Positions 18,849-29,257 of a stretch of 64,000 bases of DNA are shown here, piece after piece; position 1 is the stretch's first letter; the number at the start of each line of letters is the position of its first letter. The notes under the pieces were generated by a model. The model saw nothing but the letters and a program-made list of their open reading frames with translations, was not told the DNA's origin and made no database searches. This DNA is from Pseudomonadota bacterium. GTDB lineage: Bacteria > Pseudomonadota > Gammaproteobacteria > SURF-13. Where the stretch lies: assembly GCA_040756035.1 (NCBI GenBank), contig JBFLZV010000001.1:11892-75891 (forward strand), written 5' to 3'. The position numbers and the translations under genes are program-made.

Positions 18849-19945
18849 TCACCTCCACCCAGCCCCTGCCACGCGCCTTTCAAGGCCGCCACCCCACGCA
18901 CCGCGATATGCTCATCGCCGCGCAACGGGCCTTGAATGGTACTGGTCTCCGCCGCTGCATTGACAACCGTCACTGCTTGCGCCCGAAATCCGCCCGGGGT
19001 TTGCACAAACACATACACCCCACCCGCTTGGTGAACCAGCGCCTGGTTCGGCACCTCCCATTGCGCTGTCGGGGGACTAGACGCAGCGATCAACACTTCA
19101 ATTTGTTGTCCGGGTCGCAGGCGTTGCGCACCCTCGCTCACCTCGGCGCGCACCATCACCGCCTGATTCGCACTGCCCACGCTGCGTCCCACCGACAGCA
19201 CCTTGCCGGCGGCTTGGTAGGTGGGCACAGCGACCGTGTCGCCTTGATTTATCTGCCCCAGCCGCGCCAGCGGGACCGCGATCTCCAGCCACAGTGGCGT
19301 AAGACTCGCCACTTTATACAGCGGCGTCGCCGCCTCGGTGCGCTGCCCCGCCGTCGCCATCTGCTCCAACACCACGCCGCTGATAGGCGAGACAATTTCG
19401 ACGACGCTGGTCAGCGTGCGTTTATCGCGCAATTGCTGTATGGCCGGAACACTCATGCCGTACAGCGCCAACAACTGCTCGCGCTCGGCCAATTCGGCGG
19501 CGGTCTGGGTAAGCTCGTTTTGCGTCGTTAAATAGCGGCTTTTTGCGATAATACCTTCCTTAAACAGTTGCTCGTCGCGTCGCAGGTTCTCACGTTGCAG
19601 CGCCGCGCGCGTCACCGCTTGCAGGAATGCCCGTTGCGCCTCGATGAGGGCGGGGCTTTTCAGGCGCGCCAGCACCTCCCCTTGTTTTACCTCTTGATTC
19701 ACCGCCACCATCATGCCCTCCACGAAACCGTCCGTGGGCGCACTCACGATGTGCATCTGATTGTTGGGGATAACGACTTGCGCGGGCAAACCCGTCCCCG
19801 CCGCAGCATTCTGTTTCCGGAGAGGAGCGGTCGCAACGCCCAACGCTTGCGCCTGTTGGGCGGACATCGAAACTTCCTCGCCTGCGCTCGACAGCGCGGC
19901 ATACAGCATGCTCATCAATAGAAAAACTGCGCGTATAGTACGCAT
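18845..19945 (-). CDS. RND efflux membrane fusion protein (CzcB-like)
   Basis: Lipoyl/hairpin motifs (VSAPTDG, IVSPISGVV, LWLE); ATGA overlap with czcA. Confidence 0.9.
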   Translation of the reverse strand: MRTIRAVFLLMSMLYAALSSAGEEVSMSAQQAQALGVATAPLRKQNAAAGTGLPAQVVIPNNQMHIVSAPTDGFVEGMMVAVNQEVKQGEVLARLKSPALIEAQRAFLQAVTRAALQRENLRRDEQLFKEGIIAKSRYLTTQNELTQTAAELAEREQLLALYGMSVPAIQQLRDKRTLTSVVEIVSPISGVVLEQMATAGQRTEAATPLYKVASLTPLWLEIAVPLARLGQINQGDTVAVPTYQAAGKVLSVGRSVGSANQAVMVRAEVSEGAQRLRPGQQIEVLIAASSPPTAQWEVPNQALVHQAGGVYVFVQTPGGFRAQAVTVVNAAAETSTIQGPLRGDEHIAVRGVAALKGAWQGLGGGE

Positions 19946-20057
19946 ACCATCTCCTCAAACGCGCTGCATGGTTAGTGTTCAATGCTGAACGCAGCGGCAC
20001 AGCCTACGCCCTAAAGAATAGAACGCGGCATTTATTTACCGAAGGGGAACAGCGGGT

Positions 20058-20480
20058 TTAAAACAAGAAAGGAGGTGCGTGACTGAGAGGGGTAATGAAA
20101 GAAGCAGAGGTAACGTATAGACCGGGCAGCGCGGCTGCGCTGGTCAGGCGCCGCTCCCGTTGCGGCAGGGCAAAACCGGGTAGCGGCGCGGCCCCGTTAA
20201 GCGACGGGAAAAACTCGTCGGAGGCGACGAGGCTGGGTGTGTCCAACGCCGAGATCCTCAGCTCAGGGCACGACTCTCGTTCAGAGCTTAGACAGTACAA
20301 CTCTATCGGCTCATGGAAGACATGCGCATGAACACCCTGTGCGCCGCTGTCCACGCTATCAGGATGCGCATGCAGCAAGGGGGCCACGCATTGCAAGAAT
20401 GCAAGGAGTAGAATGGCTGGTATTTTTTTAAACTTGGCGGTCACCGGGGCATAATAACTCACCGGCAATAAGTTTTCCAT
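20058..20480 (-). CDS. DUF2946-like leader protein with C-terminal HAPP motif
   Basis: Hydrophobic helix then LLHAH, second HAH, ends SHAPPFLF*; first gene of the efflux operon; true start may be GTG 20444. Confidence 0.62.
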   Translation of the reverse strand: MENLLPVSYYAPVTAKFKKIPAILLLAFLQCVAPLLHAHPDSVDSGAQGVHAHVFHEPIELYCLSSERESCPELRISALDTPSLVASDEFFPSLNGAAPLPGFALPQRERRLTSAAALPGLYVTSASFITPLSHAPPFLF

Positions 20481-20495
20481 CGAACCTCAAGGGCC

Positions 20496-21200
20496 ATGTT
20501 TAACGACTTTTTGCAGGGCTCCAGCCTATGGACCCCCATTTGGCTTACGCTACGCCTGGCGGCGCTCACCAGCCTCGGCCTGCTGATCGTGGGCACGCCG
20601 CTGGCGTGGTGGCTGGCGCGCACCCGTTCGCGGCTGAAAACGCCCATCGAGGCGATCGTGGCGCTGCCGCTGGTGCTGCCGCCCACCGTGCTGGGGTTTT
20701 ATCTGCTTATTGCGCTGAGCCCGCAAGGGGCGATCGGCGCGCCGTGGCTGGCGCTTACCGGGTCGACGCTGGCGTTTTCCTTCAGCGGCTTAGTGATCGG
20801 CTCCATGTTGTACTCCCTGCCGTTCGTCGTGCAACCGCTGCAAAACGCCTTTGAGGGGGTGCACACCAGCTTGCTGGACGCGGCCAGTCTATTGGGCGCG
20901 CCGCCCGCGCGGCGTTTTTTCAGCATCGTCGCGCCGCTCTCCGTGCGCGGCTTCATCACCGCCCTGACCTTGGGCTTCGCGCATACCGTCGGCGAATTCG
21001 GCGTGGTGCTGATGATCGGCGGCAACATCCCCGGCCAGACGCGCGTGCTGTCCATCGCCATTTACGATCACGTGGAAAGCCTGGAATACGGGCACGCAAA
21101 CGTGTTGTCCATCGGCTTGCTGGTATTTTCGTTCCTGATTTTATCGCTTATTTATTCCCTCAACCGCCGCTGGCGCATTGTGCCTACCGCTAACCGCTGA
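20496..21200 (+). CDS. modB: Molybdate ABC transporter permease
   Basis: LPLVLPPTVLGFYLL, YSLPFVVQP, FAHTVGEFGVVLMIGGNIPG. Confidence 0.95.
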   Translation: MFNDFLQGSSLWTPIWLTLRLAALTSLGLLIVGTPLAWWLARTRSRLKTPIEAIVALPLVLPPTVLGFYLLIALSPQGAIGAPWLALTGSTLAFSFSGLVIGSMLYSLPFVVQPLQNAFEGVHTSLLDAASLLGAPPARRFFSIVAPLSVRGFITALTLGFAHTVGEFGVVLMIGGNIPGQTRVLSIAIYDHVESLEYGHANVLSIGLLVFSFLILSLIYSLNRRWRIVPTANR

Positions 21201-21221
21201 CAAGCTGCTATCATTTGCCGC

Positions 21222-22265
21222 ATGACCACACTGCTGGAACTGAAAAACATCGAGTGCCGCTACGGTCAGCAAGTCGCCGTGCGCGATCTGTCCATGCACG
21301 TCAAACAGGGCAGCCTGGTGTGTTTGCTGGGGCCCTCGGGCTGCGGCAAGACCACGGTGCTGCGCGCCATCGCCGGTTTCGAGCCGGTGGTGCACGGCGA
21401 GATCGTGCTGGACGATAAAATCATCTCGCGTCCCGGCTATAGCCTGGCCCCGGAATGCCGCCACGTCGGCATGGTGTTTCAGGATTACGCGCTGTTTCCG
21501 CACATGACAGTCGAGGCCAACGTCGCCTTCGGGCTGCGCGGATTATCGATGGCGTCGCGCCGCGACGTCACGGCGCGCATGTTGGAAATCGTCGGCCTAA
21601 GCGGCCTGGGCGCGCGCTATCCGCACGAACTGTCCGGCGGACAGCAGCAGCGCGTGGCCCTGGCGCGCGCGCTCGCGCCGCGCCCGACGCTGATCCTGAT
21701 GGACGAGCCGTTTTCCAATCTCGACGTGGACATGCGCGAACGGCTCAGCGGAGAAGTGCGCGACATCCTCAAGAACCAGGGCGCCACCGGTATTCTGGTC
21801 ACGCACGATCAGCACGAGGCGTTCGCGCTGGGCGACCAAATCGGCGTGATGCACGAGGGGAAAATCCTGCAGTGGGATACGCCGTATAATCTTTATCACG
21901 AACCGGTCAGTCGCTTCGTCGCCGACTTCATCGGCCAGGGTATTTTCCTGCGCGGCACGCTGCTCACGCCCGACACCGTGCAGACCGAAATCGGCATCAT
22001 CAAGGGCAACCGCGCCTACGACTGGCCGCCCGGCGCCCAAGTCGATTTGCTGGTGCGACCCGACGACATCGTGCACGATGACCACGCGCCGATGCGCGCC
22101 GAGGTGATTCACAAGGCCTTCAAGGGCGCGGAAATCATGTACACGCTGCGCCTGCCGACCGGCAGTAAAGTGTTCTCGATGTTCCCCAGCCACCATGATC
22201 ACGCCATCGGCGAGAAAGTCGGCATCAAGGTCGAGGCCGACCACCTGGTGGCGTTTCGCGCCTAG
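21222..22265 (+). CDS. ABC transporter ATP-binding protein (FbpC/PotA family, TOBE domain)
   Basis: [41 protein letters not shown]. Confidence 0.9.
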   Translation: MTTLLELKNIECRYGQQVAVRDLSMHVKQGSLVCLLGPSGCGKTTVLRAIAGFEPVVHGEIVLDDKIISRPGYSLAPECRHVGMVFQDYALFPHMTVEANVAFGLRGLSMASRRDVTARMLEIVGLSGLGARYPHELSGGQQQRVALARALAPRPTLILMDEPFSNLDVDMRERLSGEVRDILKNQGATGILVTHDQHEAFALGDQIGVMHEGKILQWDTPYNLYHEPVSRFVADFIGQGIFLRGTLLTPDTVQTEIGIIKGNRAYDWPPGAQVDLLVRPDDIVHDDHAPMRAEVIHKAFKGAEIMYTLRLPTGSKVFSMFPSHHDHAIGEKVGIKVEADHLVAFRA

Positions 22266-22988
22266 CTATTCGCCGCCGGATTCGCGGATCTCGCGCTCCA
22301 TCTGTTCCAGGCTGATGTGGCGCACGTCCTTGCCCTTCACCAAGTAAATAACGTATTCGCACATGTTGCGCGCGTGGTCGCCGATGCGTTCCAGCGCGCG
22401 CGCCGACCAGATCACGTCCAGCACGCGCGTGATGGTGCGCGGGTCTTCCATCATGTAAGTGATCGACTGGCGCATCAGAGCCTCGTACTCGCGATCCACC
22501 TTGAGGTCTTCGCGCACCACTTTCATGGCGCTTTCGGCGTCCATGCGCGCGAAGGCGTCGAGCGCGTCATGCAACATTTCACGCACGTGATTACCCAGCG
22601 TCTGCACCTCGACATAGCTGTTTTTGGGGCGCTCCATTTCCGCCAAGTGCGCGGCCATGCGCGCGATTTTCTCCGCCTCGTCGCCGATGCGCTCCAGGTC
22701 GGTGATGGTCTTGATCACCGCGGTGACCAAGCGTAAATCGCTGGCGGCAGGCTGGCGGCGCGCGATGATTTGATTGCACTCCTCATCGATGGCGACCTCC
22801 ATGGAGTTGACCTTGTAATCGTCGTTCATCACCTGTTCGGCGAGCCGGCTGTCGCCGCTGACCAGCGCGTTGAGCGCATCGACCAGTTGCTGCTCGACCA
22901 AACCGCCCATGGCCAGCACGCGGTTACGGATATCCTCCAGCTCGGCGTTGTAGCGGCGCGATATGTGCGTGTGTATGCTAGGTTTCAT
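22266..22988 (-). CDS. phoU: Phosphate signalling protein PhoU
   Basis: [27 protein letters not shown] repeats. Confidence 0.96.
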   Translation of the reverse strand: MKPSIHTHISRRYNAELEDIRNRVLAMGGLVEQQLVDALNALVSGDSRLAEQVMNDDYKVNSMEVAIDEECNQIIARRQPAASDLRLVTAVIKTITDLERIGDEAEKIARMAAHLAEMERPKNSYVEVQTLGNHVREMLHDALDAFARMDAESAMKVVREDLKVDREYEALMRQSITYMMEDPRTITRVLDVIWSARALERIGDHARNMCEYVIYLVKGKDVRHISLEQMEREIRESGGE

Positions 22989-23015
22989 GGATTACCTCTG
23001 AATGCTTGGATGTCA

Positions 23016-23903
<888 letters not shown>

Positions 23904-23932
23904 TAAGAAACTCCTAAACTCTAATTTATCGC

Positions 23933-24871
23933 TCACCATTTAATCCGCTTGCGGAATCTGTAGCGAATGTAAATCGCCAAGCCGTTCATCACCAGCGTCA
24001 TCAGCATCAGCACCAAGCCGGCGGCGGCGGCGTTCAAATGGAACGCCGCCTGCGGACGCGACACCCAGTTGAACATTTGGATGGGCATTACGGTAAATGG
24101 ATCGCTCAGCCATTCGAAGGAAATATAGGGCGGCGTCGCTTGCACGGGCGCGTGCGGCAGAAAGGCGATGAAGGTCAACGCGCCGATGGTGATGAGCGGC
24201 GCGCTCTCGCCTATGGCGCGCGATAGCGAGATAATCATGCCGGTGAGTATGCCGCCCATGGAATACGGCAACACATGATTGCGCACGGTCTGCCACTTGG
24301 TGGCGCCGACCGCGTACGACGCTTCGCGAATGTTGCTGGGAATGGCGCGCACAGCTTCGCGCGTGGCGATGATGACCATCGGCAAAATCAGCAGCGCCAG
24401 CGTCAGGCCGGCGGTGAGGATGCTCTGGCCGAAATTAAACTGATACACGAACAGCCCCAGCGCCATCAGGCCGTACACGATGGACGGCACGCCTGCGAGA
24501 TTGGCGATGTTGATCTCGATGAGATCGGTGAGCCAGTTCTTCGGCGCGTATTCCTCCAGATAAATTCCCGCCGCGACGCCCAGCGGCACGGCGCTGAACG
24601 CCGTCACCAGCATCACCAAGCTGGTGCCCACCCACGCCGACAGGATGCCGGCGCGCTCCGGGAAACGCGAAGGAAAATTCGTAAAGAAATCCCACGACAA
24701 GCGCGGCACGCCGTCGATGGCGAGATCGACGATCAGCGCCGCGAGCGTCACCAACCCGACCAACATGGCGAGCAGACCGGCCAGCGCGAACAAACCGTCC
24801 AGCGCTTTTTGGCGGGCGATCAACGTCTTGACGTTCGGGAAGCCGGTGCGGCTCAGGGTGACGTCGTCCAT
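23933..24871 (-). CDS. pstA: Phosphate ABC transporter permease PstA
   Basis: [27 protein letters not shown]. Confidence 0.95.
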   Translation of the reverse strand: MDDVTLSRTGFPNVKTLIARQKALDGLFALAGLLAMLVGLVTLAALIVDLAIDGVPRLSWDFFTNFPSRFPERAGILSAWVGTSLVMLVTAFSAVPLGVAAGIYLEEYAPKNWLTDLIEINIANLAGVPSIVYGLMALGLFVYQFNFGQSILTAGLTLALLILPMVIIATREAVRAIPSNIREASYAVGATKWQTVRNHVLPYSMGGILTGMIISLSRAIGESAPLITIGALTFIAFLPHAPVQATPPYISFEWLSDPFTVMPIQMFNWVSRPQAAFHLNAAAAGLVLMLMTLVMNGLAIYIRYRFRKRIKW

Positions 24872-24872
24872 G

Positions 24873-25787
24873 TTAATAAGCCTCGCGGAAACGCTTGCGC
24901 AGCGCGTGGCCGGCGACGTTGAAAATCAACGTTATCAGCAACAGCGTCAAGCCCGCCGCGAAAATGGTTTGGTAACCGATGCTACCGTGCGGTAAATCGC
25001 CGAGGCTCACCTGCACGATGTAGGCGGTGATGGTGGCGGCCGGCTCGGTCGGGTCCCAGGTAAGGTTGGGCTGCATGCCCGCGGCGATCGCCACCACCAT
25101 GGTTTCGCCGATGGCGCGCGAAATGCCGAGCACGTACGCGGCGGCGATGCCGGACAGCGCCGACGGCACCACCACCGACAACGACGTGCGCAGGCGCGTG
25201 GCGCCCATCGCATAAGAACCCTCGCGGATGTGCATGGGCACGGCGCGAATCGCGTCCTCGCTCACTGAACTCACGTAAGGAATAATCATCACGCCGATCA
25301 CCAGCCCGGCGCTCAGCATGTTGAAGCCGGGCAAGCCGGGAATAAATTTTTGCAGCAACGGCGTGACGAACAACAGCGCGAAATAACCGTACACCACGGT
25401 CGGCACACCGGACAGCAATTCCAAAATCGGCTTCACCACTTCGCGCACGCGATGCGATGCGTATTCGCTGAGATAAATGGCGATGATAGTGCCGAGCGGA
25501 ATCGCCACGCACAGCGCCACCAGCGTGGTCACCAGTGTGCCGGACAGCAGCGGCAAAATGCCGTAATGGGCGTCGGCGAACAGCGGTGTCCATTGCGTAT
25601 CGGTGAGGAAATCGACGATTGAAACATGTTGAAAAAACGCGGCGGACTCGTACACCAGCACGCCGACGATGCCGACGGTGACCGCCACGGACGAGAGCGC
25701 GGCCAAAAACAGCGCCAGCTCGATGAGGCGCTCCTTGACGTGGCGCAAGGGCCGGTAAGCTAGATTTGAATGGCGGGGGATCACCAT
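24873..25787 (-). CDS. pstC: Phosphate ABC transporter permease PstC
   Basis: YLSEYA, ELLSGVPTVVYG, SRAIGETM. Confidence 0.95.
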   Translation of the reverse strand: MVIPRHSNLAYRPLRHVKERLIELALFLAALSSVAVTVGIVGVLVYESAAFFQHVSIVDFLTDTQWTPLFADAHYGILPLLSGTLVTTLVALCVAIPLGTIIAIYLSEYASHRVREVVKPILELLSGVPTVVYGYFALLFVTPLLQKFIPGLPGFNMLSAGLVIGVMIIPYVSSVSEDAIRAVPMHIREGSYAMGATRLRTSLSVVVPSALSGIAAAYVLGISRAIGETMVVAIAAGMQPNLTWDPTEPAATITAYIVQVSLGDLPHGSIGYQTIFAAGLTLLLITLIFNVAGHALRKRFREAY

Positions 25788-25827
25788 TGATCTCCTCGTG
25801 GGTAAACGGTCATCTTAGTCGGCAATT

Positions 25828-25845
25828 ATGACAGTTATGTTACAA
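25828..25845 (-). promoter_or_regulatory. Pho box upstream of pstC
   Basis: Minus strand TTGTAAC-ATAA-CTGTCAT: two 7-mers at 11-bp period matching the PhoB consensus. Confidence 0.8.
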
Positions 25846-25922
25846 AGATATCCTCGGATCGGATTTCACCTTATAGAACATAAAATACTTTAATTAAAAC
25901 AGCATCTTACTAACATTCCGCC

Positions 25923-25950
25923 AAAAATAAAGGGCGCCAAGGGCGCCCCT
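25923..25950 (-). terminator. Rho-independent terminator of pstS
   Basis: Minus strand GGGCGCC-CTT-GGCGCCC-TTTATTTTT. Confidence 0.75.
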
Positions 25951-26001
25951 GAAAATTATGACGCCATCCGTGGCGGTTGCGCGCTTCGTTCGCTCGCTTG
26001 T

Positions 26002-27048
26002 TTACAGCTTGGCTTCCCGCTTCAGCAGGTCTTCGATTTTAATACCCACCTCGTTCTTGCCGCCGAACACCGTGCCGGTCTTGCCCTTATTAAGATGCTC
26101 CATGGCGACGGTGTAAGCGGAAGCGGGCAGTGGCACGTATTTCACTTGTTTGACCAGTTCCGCGGCGTTTTTCAAATAAAATTCCACAAACTTTTTCACT
26201 TCCGGGCGTTCCAGCGATTTTTTATTCACATAAATAAAGATGGGGCGCGAAAGCGGCTGATACGTGCCGTCTTCCACGGTCTTTTCCGACGGCGGCACCG
26301 GCCCCTTGCCGGCGTCAATCGCCACCGCCTTGAGTTTGCCCTGATTCTCAGCATAATAGGCGAAACCGAAATAACCCAGCGCGTTCTTGTCCTGCGACAC
26401 GCCCTGCACCAGCACGTTGTCGTCCTCGCTGGCGGTATAGTCGCCGCGGCTGGACTTCGCCTTGCCCACCACCGCCTCGGTGAAGTAGTCGAACGTGCCG
26501 GAATCGGAGCCCGCGCCGTAGAGTCCGATCGGCGCATCGGGCCACTCCGCGCGCACCTGATTCCACTTGGTGATCTTGCCCTGCGCCTCGGGTGACCAAA
26601 TCTTTTTCAGCTCCTCCACGGTCATAGTCTCGGCCCACGTATTCTGCGGATTGATCACCACCGTGAGCGCGTCGTAAGCCACCGGCAGTTCAATGTACTC
26701 CACGCCGTTCGGGCCGATGCGATCACCCACCACCATGGTCGTGCCGTCGAACCCAGCCTTCTTGCAAGCTTCCATTTCACTGGTGCTGATGGGCCGCGAG
26801 GCGTCTTGAATATCGGTCTCGCCGCGGCAGAATTTCTTAAAGCCGCCGCCGGTGCCGGAGATGCCCACGGTCACCTGCACGGCCCCCTTGGTCTCGGCTT
26901 GAAATTCCTCCGCCACCGCCTCGGTGATGGGATAAACGGTGCTGGAGCCGTCGACTTTAATCAGCGTTTTCTCGGCGGCTGACGCAGCCGTAAACGACAG
27001 CGTCAACGCCAGCGCCAGTAGACCCGTTAGTACTTTATTCGAATTCAT
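26002..27048 (-). CDS. pstS: Phosphate ABC transporter substrate-binding protein
   Basis: DGSSTVYP, SGTGGGFKKFC, DSGTFDYF, SEDDNVLV, YQPLSRP; GGAGGAG RBS before ATG 27048. Confidence 0.95.
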   Translation of the reverse strand: MNSNKVLTGLLALALTLSFTAASAAEKTLIKVDGSSTVYPITEAVAEEFQAETKGAVQVTVGISGTGGGFKKFCRGETDIQDASRPISTSEMEACKKAGFDGTTMVVGDRIGPNGVEYIELPVAYDALTVVINPQNTWAETMTVEELKKIWSPEAQGKITKWNQVRAEWPDAPIGLYGAGSDSGTFDYFTEAVVGKAKSSRGDYTASEDDNVLVQGVSQDKNALGYFGFAYYAENQGKLKAVAIDAGKGPVPPSEKTVEDGTYQPLSRPIFIYVNKKSLERPEVKKFVEFYLKNAAELVKQVKYVPLPASAYTVAMEHLNKGKTGTVFGGKNEVGIKIEDLLKREAKL

Positions 27049-27152
27049 AACTCCTCCAAAGGTAAATGGGAAATTCATCGATGAGGCGCGTCCCGCATTG
27101 GCCGCCGGGCGGGCAATAGCGTCATTATCTTGCACCATGGTAGATACCGAAT

Positions 27153-27170
27153 ATGACAACAGTATTACAA
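27153..27170 (-). promoter_or_regulatory. Pho box upstream of pstS
   Basis: Minus strand TTGTAAT-ACTG-TTGTCAT. Confidence 0.78.
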
Positions 27171-27196
27171 AGTAATTTTTAATTTGCGCGCGTAAC

Positions 27197-27214
27197 GCGT
27201 AATACGCCTGTAAC
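27197..27214 (+). promoter_or_regulatory. Putative Pho box upstream of olsB
   Basis: Plus strand GCGTAAT-ACGC-CTGTAAC, 11-bp period, facing olsB. Confidence 0.55.
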
Positions 27215-27261
27215 CAACGCCGTGCATGATGGCGCAGTCTCAACTATCGAGGAGCAACGCC

Positions 27262-28041
27262 ATGGCGCACCCCGCACCGCACATCGAACTATTTTCCCAC
27301 TCCTATATTCATCCTCAAGCGCGCACGCTGCAAGTCGGCCTGGCGGCGACGCAGAACGAGATTCGCGCCGCGCAGCGTTTGCGCTACCGCGTTTTCGTCG
27401 AAGAAATGGGCGCCGAGTTGGAAGGCGCGCACGACGGCATCGAGAGCGATCTGTTCGATCCCTATTGCCAGCACTTGATCGTGCGCGACGTGGGATGCGA
27501 CAAAGTAGTCGGCTATTACCGCATCCTCACCGACACGCAGGCGCTGCGCGCCGGCGGTTTTTATTCGCAGTCGGAATTCGATTTGAGCCGCATTCTCGCC
27601 CTGCCGGGACGCTTCATGGAAGTCGGGCGCACCTGCGTGCATCCCGACTACCGCAACGGCGCGACCATCGGCCTGCTGTGGGCGGGGCTGGCGCGCTTCA
27701 TGATTATGAACAACTTTAACTATCTCATGGGCTGCGCGAGCATTTCCATGAATCTGGGTCTGCGCCATGTCGCCGCCGTATGCCGGTATTTACGTCTGCA
27801 TCACTTGAGTTCACCGGAATCACGCGTCATGCCCAGAGTGCCGGTGCCGCTGCTGCATGAACAAGACGAGGTGGCGCGCGTCGATTTGCCGCCGCTGCTG
27901 CGCGGCTACATGCACATGGGCGCCGTGGTGTGCGGCGAACCCGCCTGGGACCCGGATTTCAACACCGCCGATTTGTTTATATTATTGGACGCCGACCGGC
28001 TCAACGCGCGCTACCTACGCCACTTCGTGGACCGCTTCTAA
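27262..28041 (+). CDS. olsB: Ornithine N-acyltransferase (GNAT, ornithine lipid synthesis)
   Basis: AQRLRYRVF.EEMGA, DLFDPYCQHL, FYSQSEFD, EVGRTCVHPDYR, LPPLLRGY, AWDPDFNTAD; followed by an acyltransferase. Confidence 0.88.
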   Translation: MAHPAPHIELFSHSYIHPQARTLQVGLAATQNEIRAAQRLRYRVFVEEMGAELEGAHDGIESDLFDPYCQHLIVRDVGCDKVVGYYRILTDTQALRAGGFYSQSEFDLSRILALPGRFMEVGRTCVHPDYRNGATIGLLWAGLARFMIMNNFNYLMGCASISMNLGLRHVAAVCRYLRLHHLSSPESRVMPRVPVPLLHEQDEVARVDLPPLLRGYMHMGAVVCGEPAWDPDFNTADLFILLDADRLNARYLRHFVDRF

Positions 28042-28061
28042 ATCCAAACGGCTGGCGCGAC

Positions 28062-28823
28062 ATGGGGGGACACGCACGCAGAGCGTGGCGCCTGGCACGC
28101 CTGACTTGGCACATGGCGCTGGGCGTGGGTGCGGCGCATTGGGTGTTGCACAACGTTAGCCCGCGCCGCCAAGAGCAAATCATCAGTTGGTGGACGCGCG
28201 GCCTATGCCGCATTATCGCGCTGCGCGTCCGCGTGGAAGGCCGAATCAATCCGCGCGCCACGCTGTTTGTCGCCAATCATATTTCCTGGCTGGACATTCC
28301 CGCTCTGCAACATCTGCTCAACAGCCGCGTGGTTTCCAAACACGAAGTCGGCGCGTGGCCCGTGTTCGGCGCGATGGCCCAACGCGCCGGCACGCTGTTC
28401 CTCAAGCGCGGCGATCATCAGTCCACGGCGCTGATCGCCGATCACATGACCTGGGGATTGCTGCAAAGAAAGAATTTTCTGATGTTCCCGGAAGGCACGT
28501 CATCGGATGGGTTATCGGTGCAGCATTTTCACGCGCGCTTGTTTCAAGCGGCGATCCGCGCGCACGCGCACGTGCAGGCCGTGGCGATTTCCTATCCGCA
28601 CGCGCAAGGCGTCAACCCGCTTGCGCCGTTTATCGGCAGCGATAATCTGATTGCCAACTTATGGAAGCTGCTCGCCGAGCCCGCCGTGGAAATGCGCATT
28701 GTATTTTGCACGCCACTCAACGCCGCCGGCCTGGAGCGGCGCAAACTGGCGGCGCTCACGCGCGAGCAGATTCTGGATCAACTGCCTCACATTGACCAAC
28801 CACGCTACGGAAAATTGATGTAG
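28062..28823 (+). CDS. olsA: Lyso-ornithine lipid O-acyltransferase (PlsC family)
   Basis: ANHISWLDI and FPEGTSS motifs; directly after olsB; start uncertain. Confidence 0.8.
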   Translation: MGGHARRAWRLARLTWHMALGVGAAHWVLHNVSPRRQEQIISWWTRGLCRIIALRVRVEGRINPRATLFVANHISWLDIPALQHLLNSRVVSKHEVGAWPVFGAMAQRAGTLFLKRGDHQSTALIADHMTWGLLQRKNFLMFPEGTSSDGLSVQHFHARLFQAAIRAHAHVQAVAISYPHAQGVNPLAPFIGSDNLIANLWKLLAEPAVEMRIVFCTPLNAAGLERRKLAALTREQILDQLPHIDQPRYGKLM

Positions 28824-28850
28824 CGCGAAGCGAACGCAAAGGAACGTCCC

Positions 28851-29246
28851 ATGATGAACGAACACGTCGAAGGTTACCGGCACGTCCTCAGCAATACACT
28901 GAGTCCCAGCGTGCTGCTGCGTTTGCTGGCGGATCCGTTGCGACTGCGCTGCGCGGCGCTGCTATGCCTGGATGGTTTGCATTTGGATGAATTGACGCAG
29001 ACATTGAATTTATCCGAGGCGACGGTATTGCGCCATCTGGCCAGCCTGCGGCTGGTGGGCGTGCTGCATTGCCGCCAGGGCGGACGGACGCACTACTACC
29101 AGCTTCACCCCCAATTACCCGCATGGGCGCGCGAATTAATTCACGGCGTCGTAGGCAGCTTAATCGAGATGGGGCCCTTCAATGACGACCGTGATACATT
29201 GACACAGTTGCGCGCGCCGCGCGACAAGCTGACCACCGCACGGTAA
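28851..29246 (+). CDS. ArsR/SmtB-family transcriptional regulator
   Basis: LLADPLRLR, HTH (ELTQTL..SEATVLRHLASLR), YYQLHPQLPAWA. Confidence 0.78.
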   Translation: MMNEHVEGYRHVLSNTLSPSVLLRLLADPLRLRCAALLCLDGLHLDELTQTLNLSEATVLRHLASLRLVGVLHCRQGGRTHYYQLHPQLPAWARELIHGVVGSLIEMGPFNDDRDTLTQLRAPRDKLTTAR

Positions 29247-29257
29247 CGACCCGTTGT

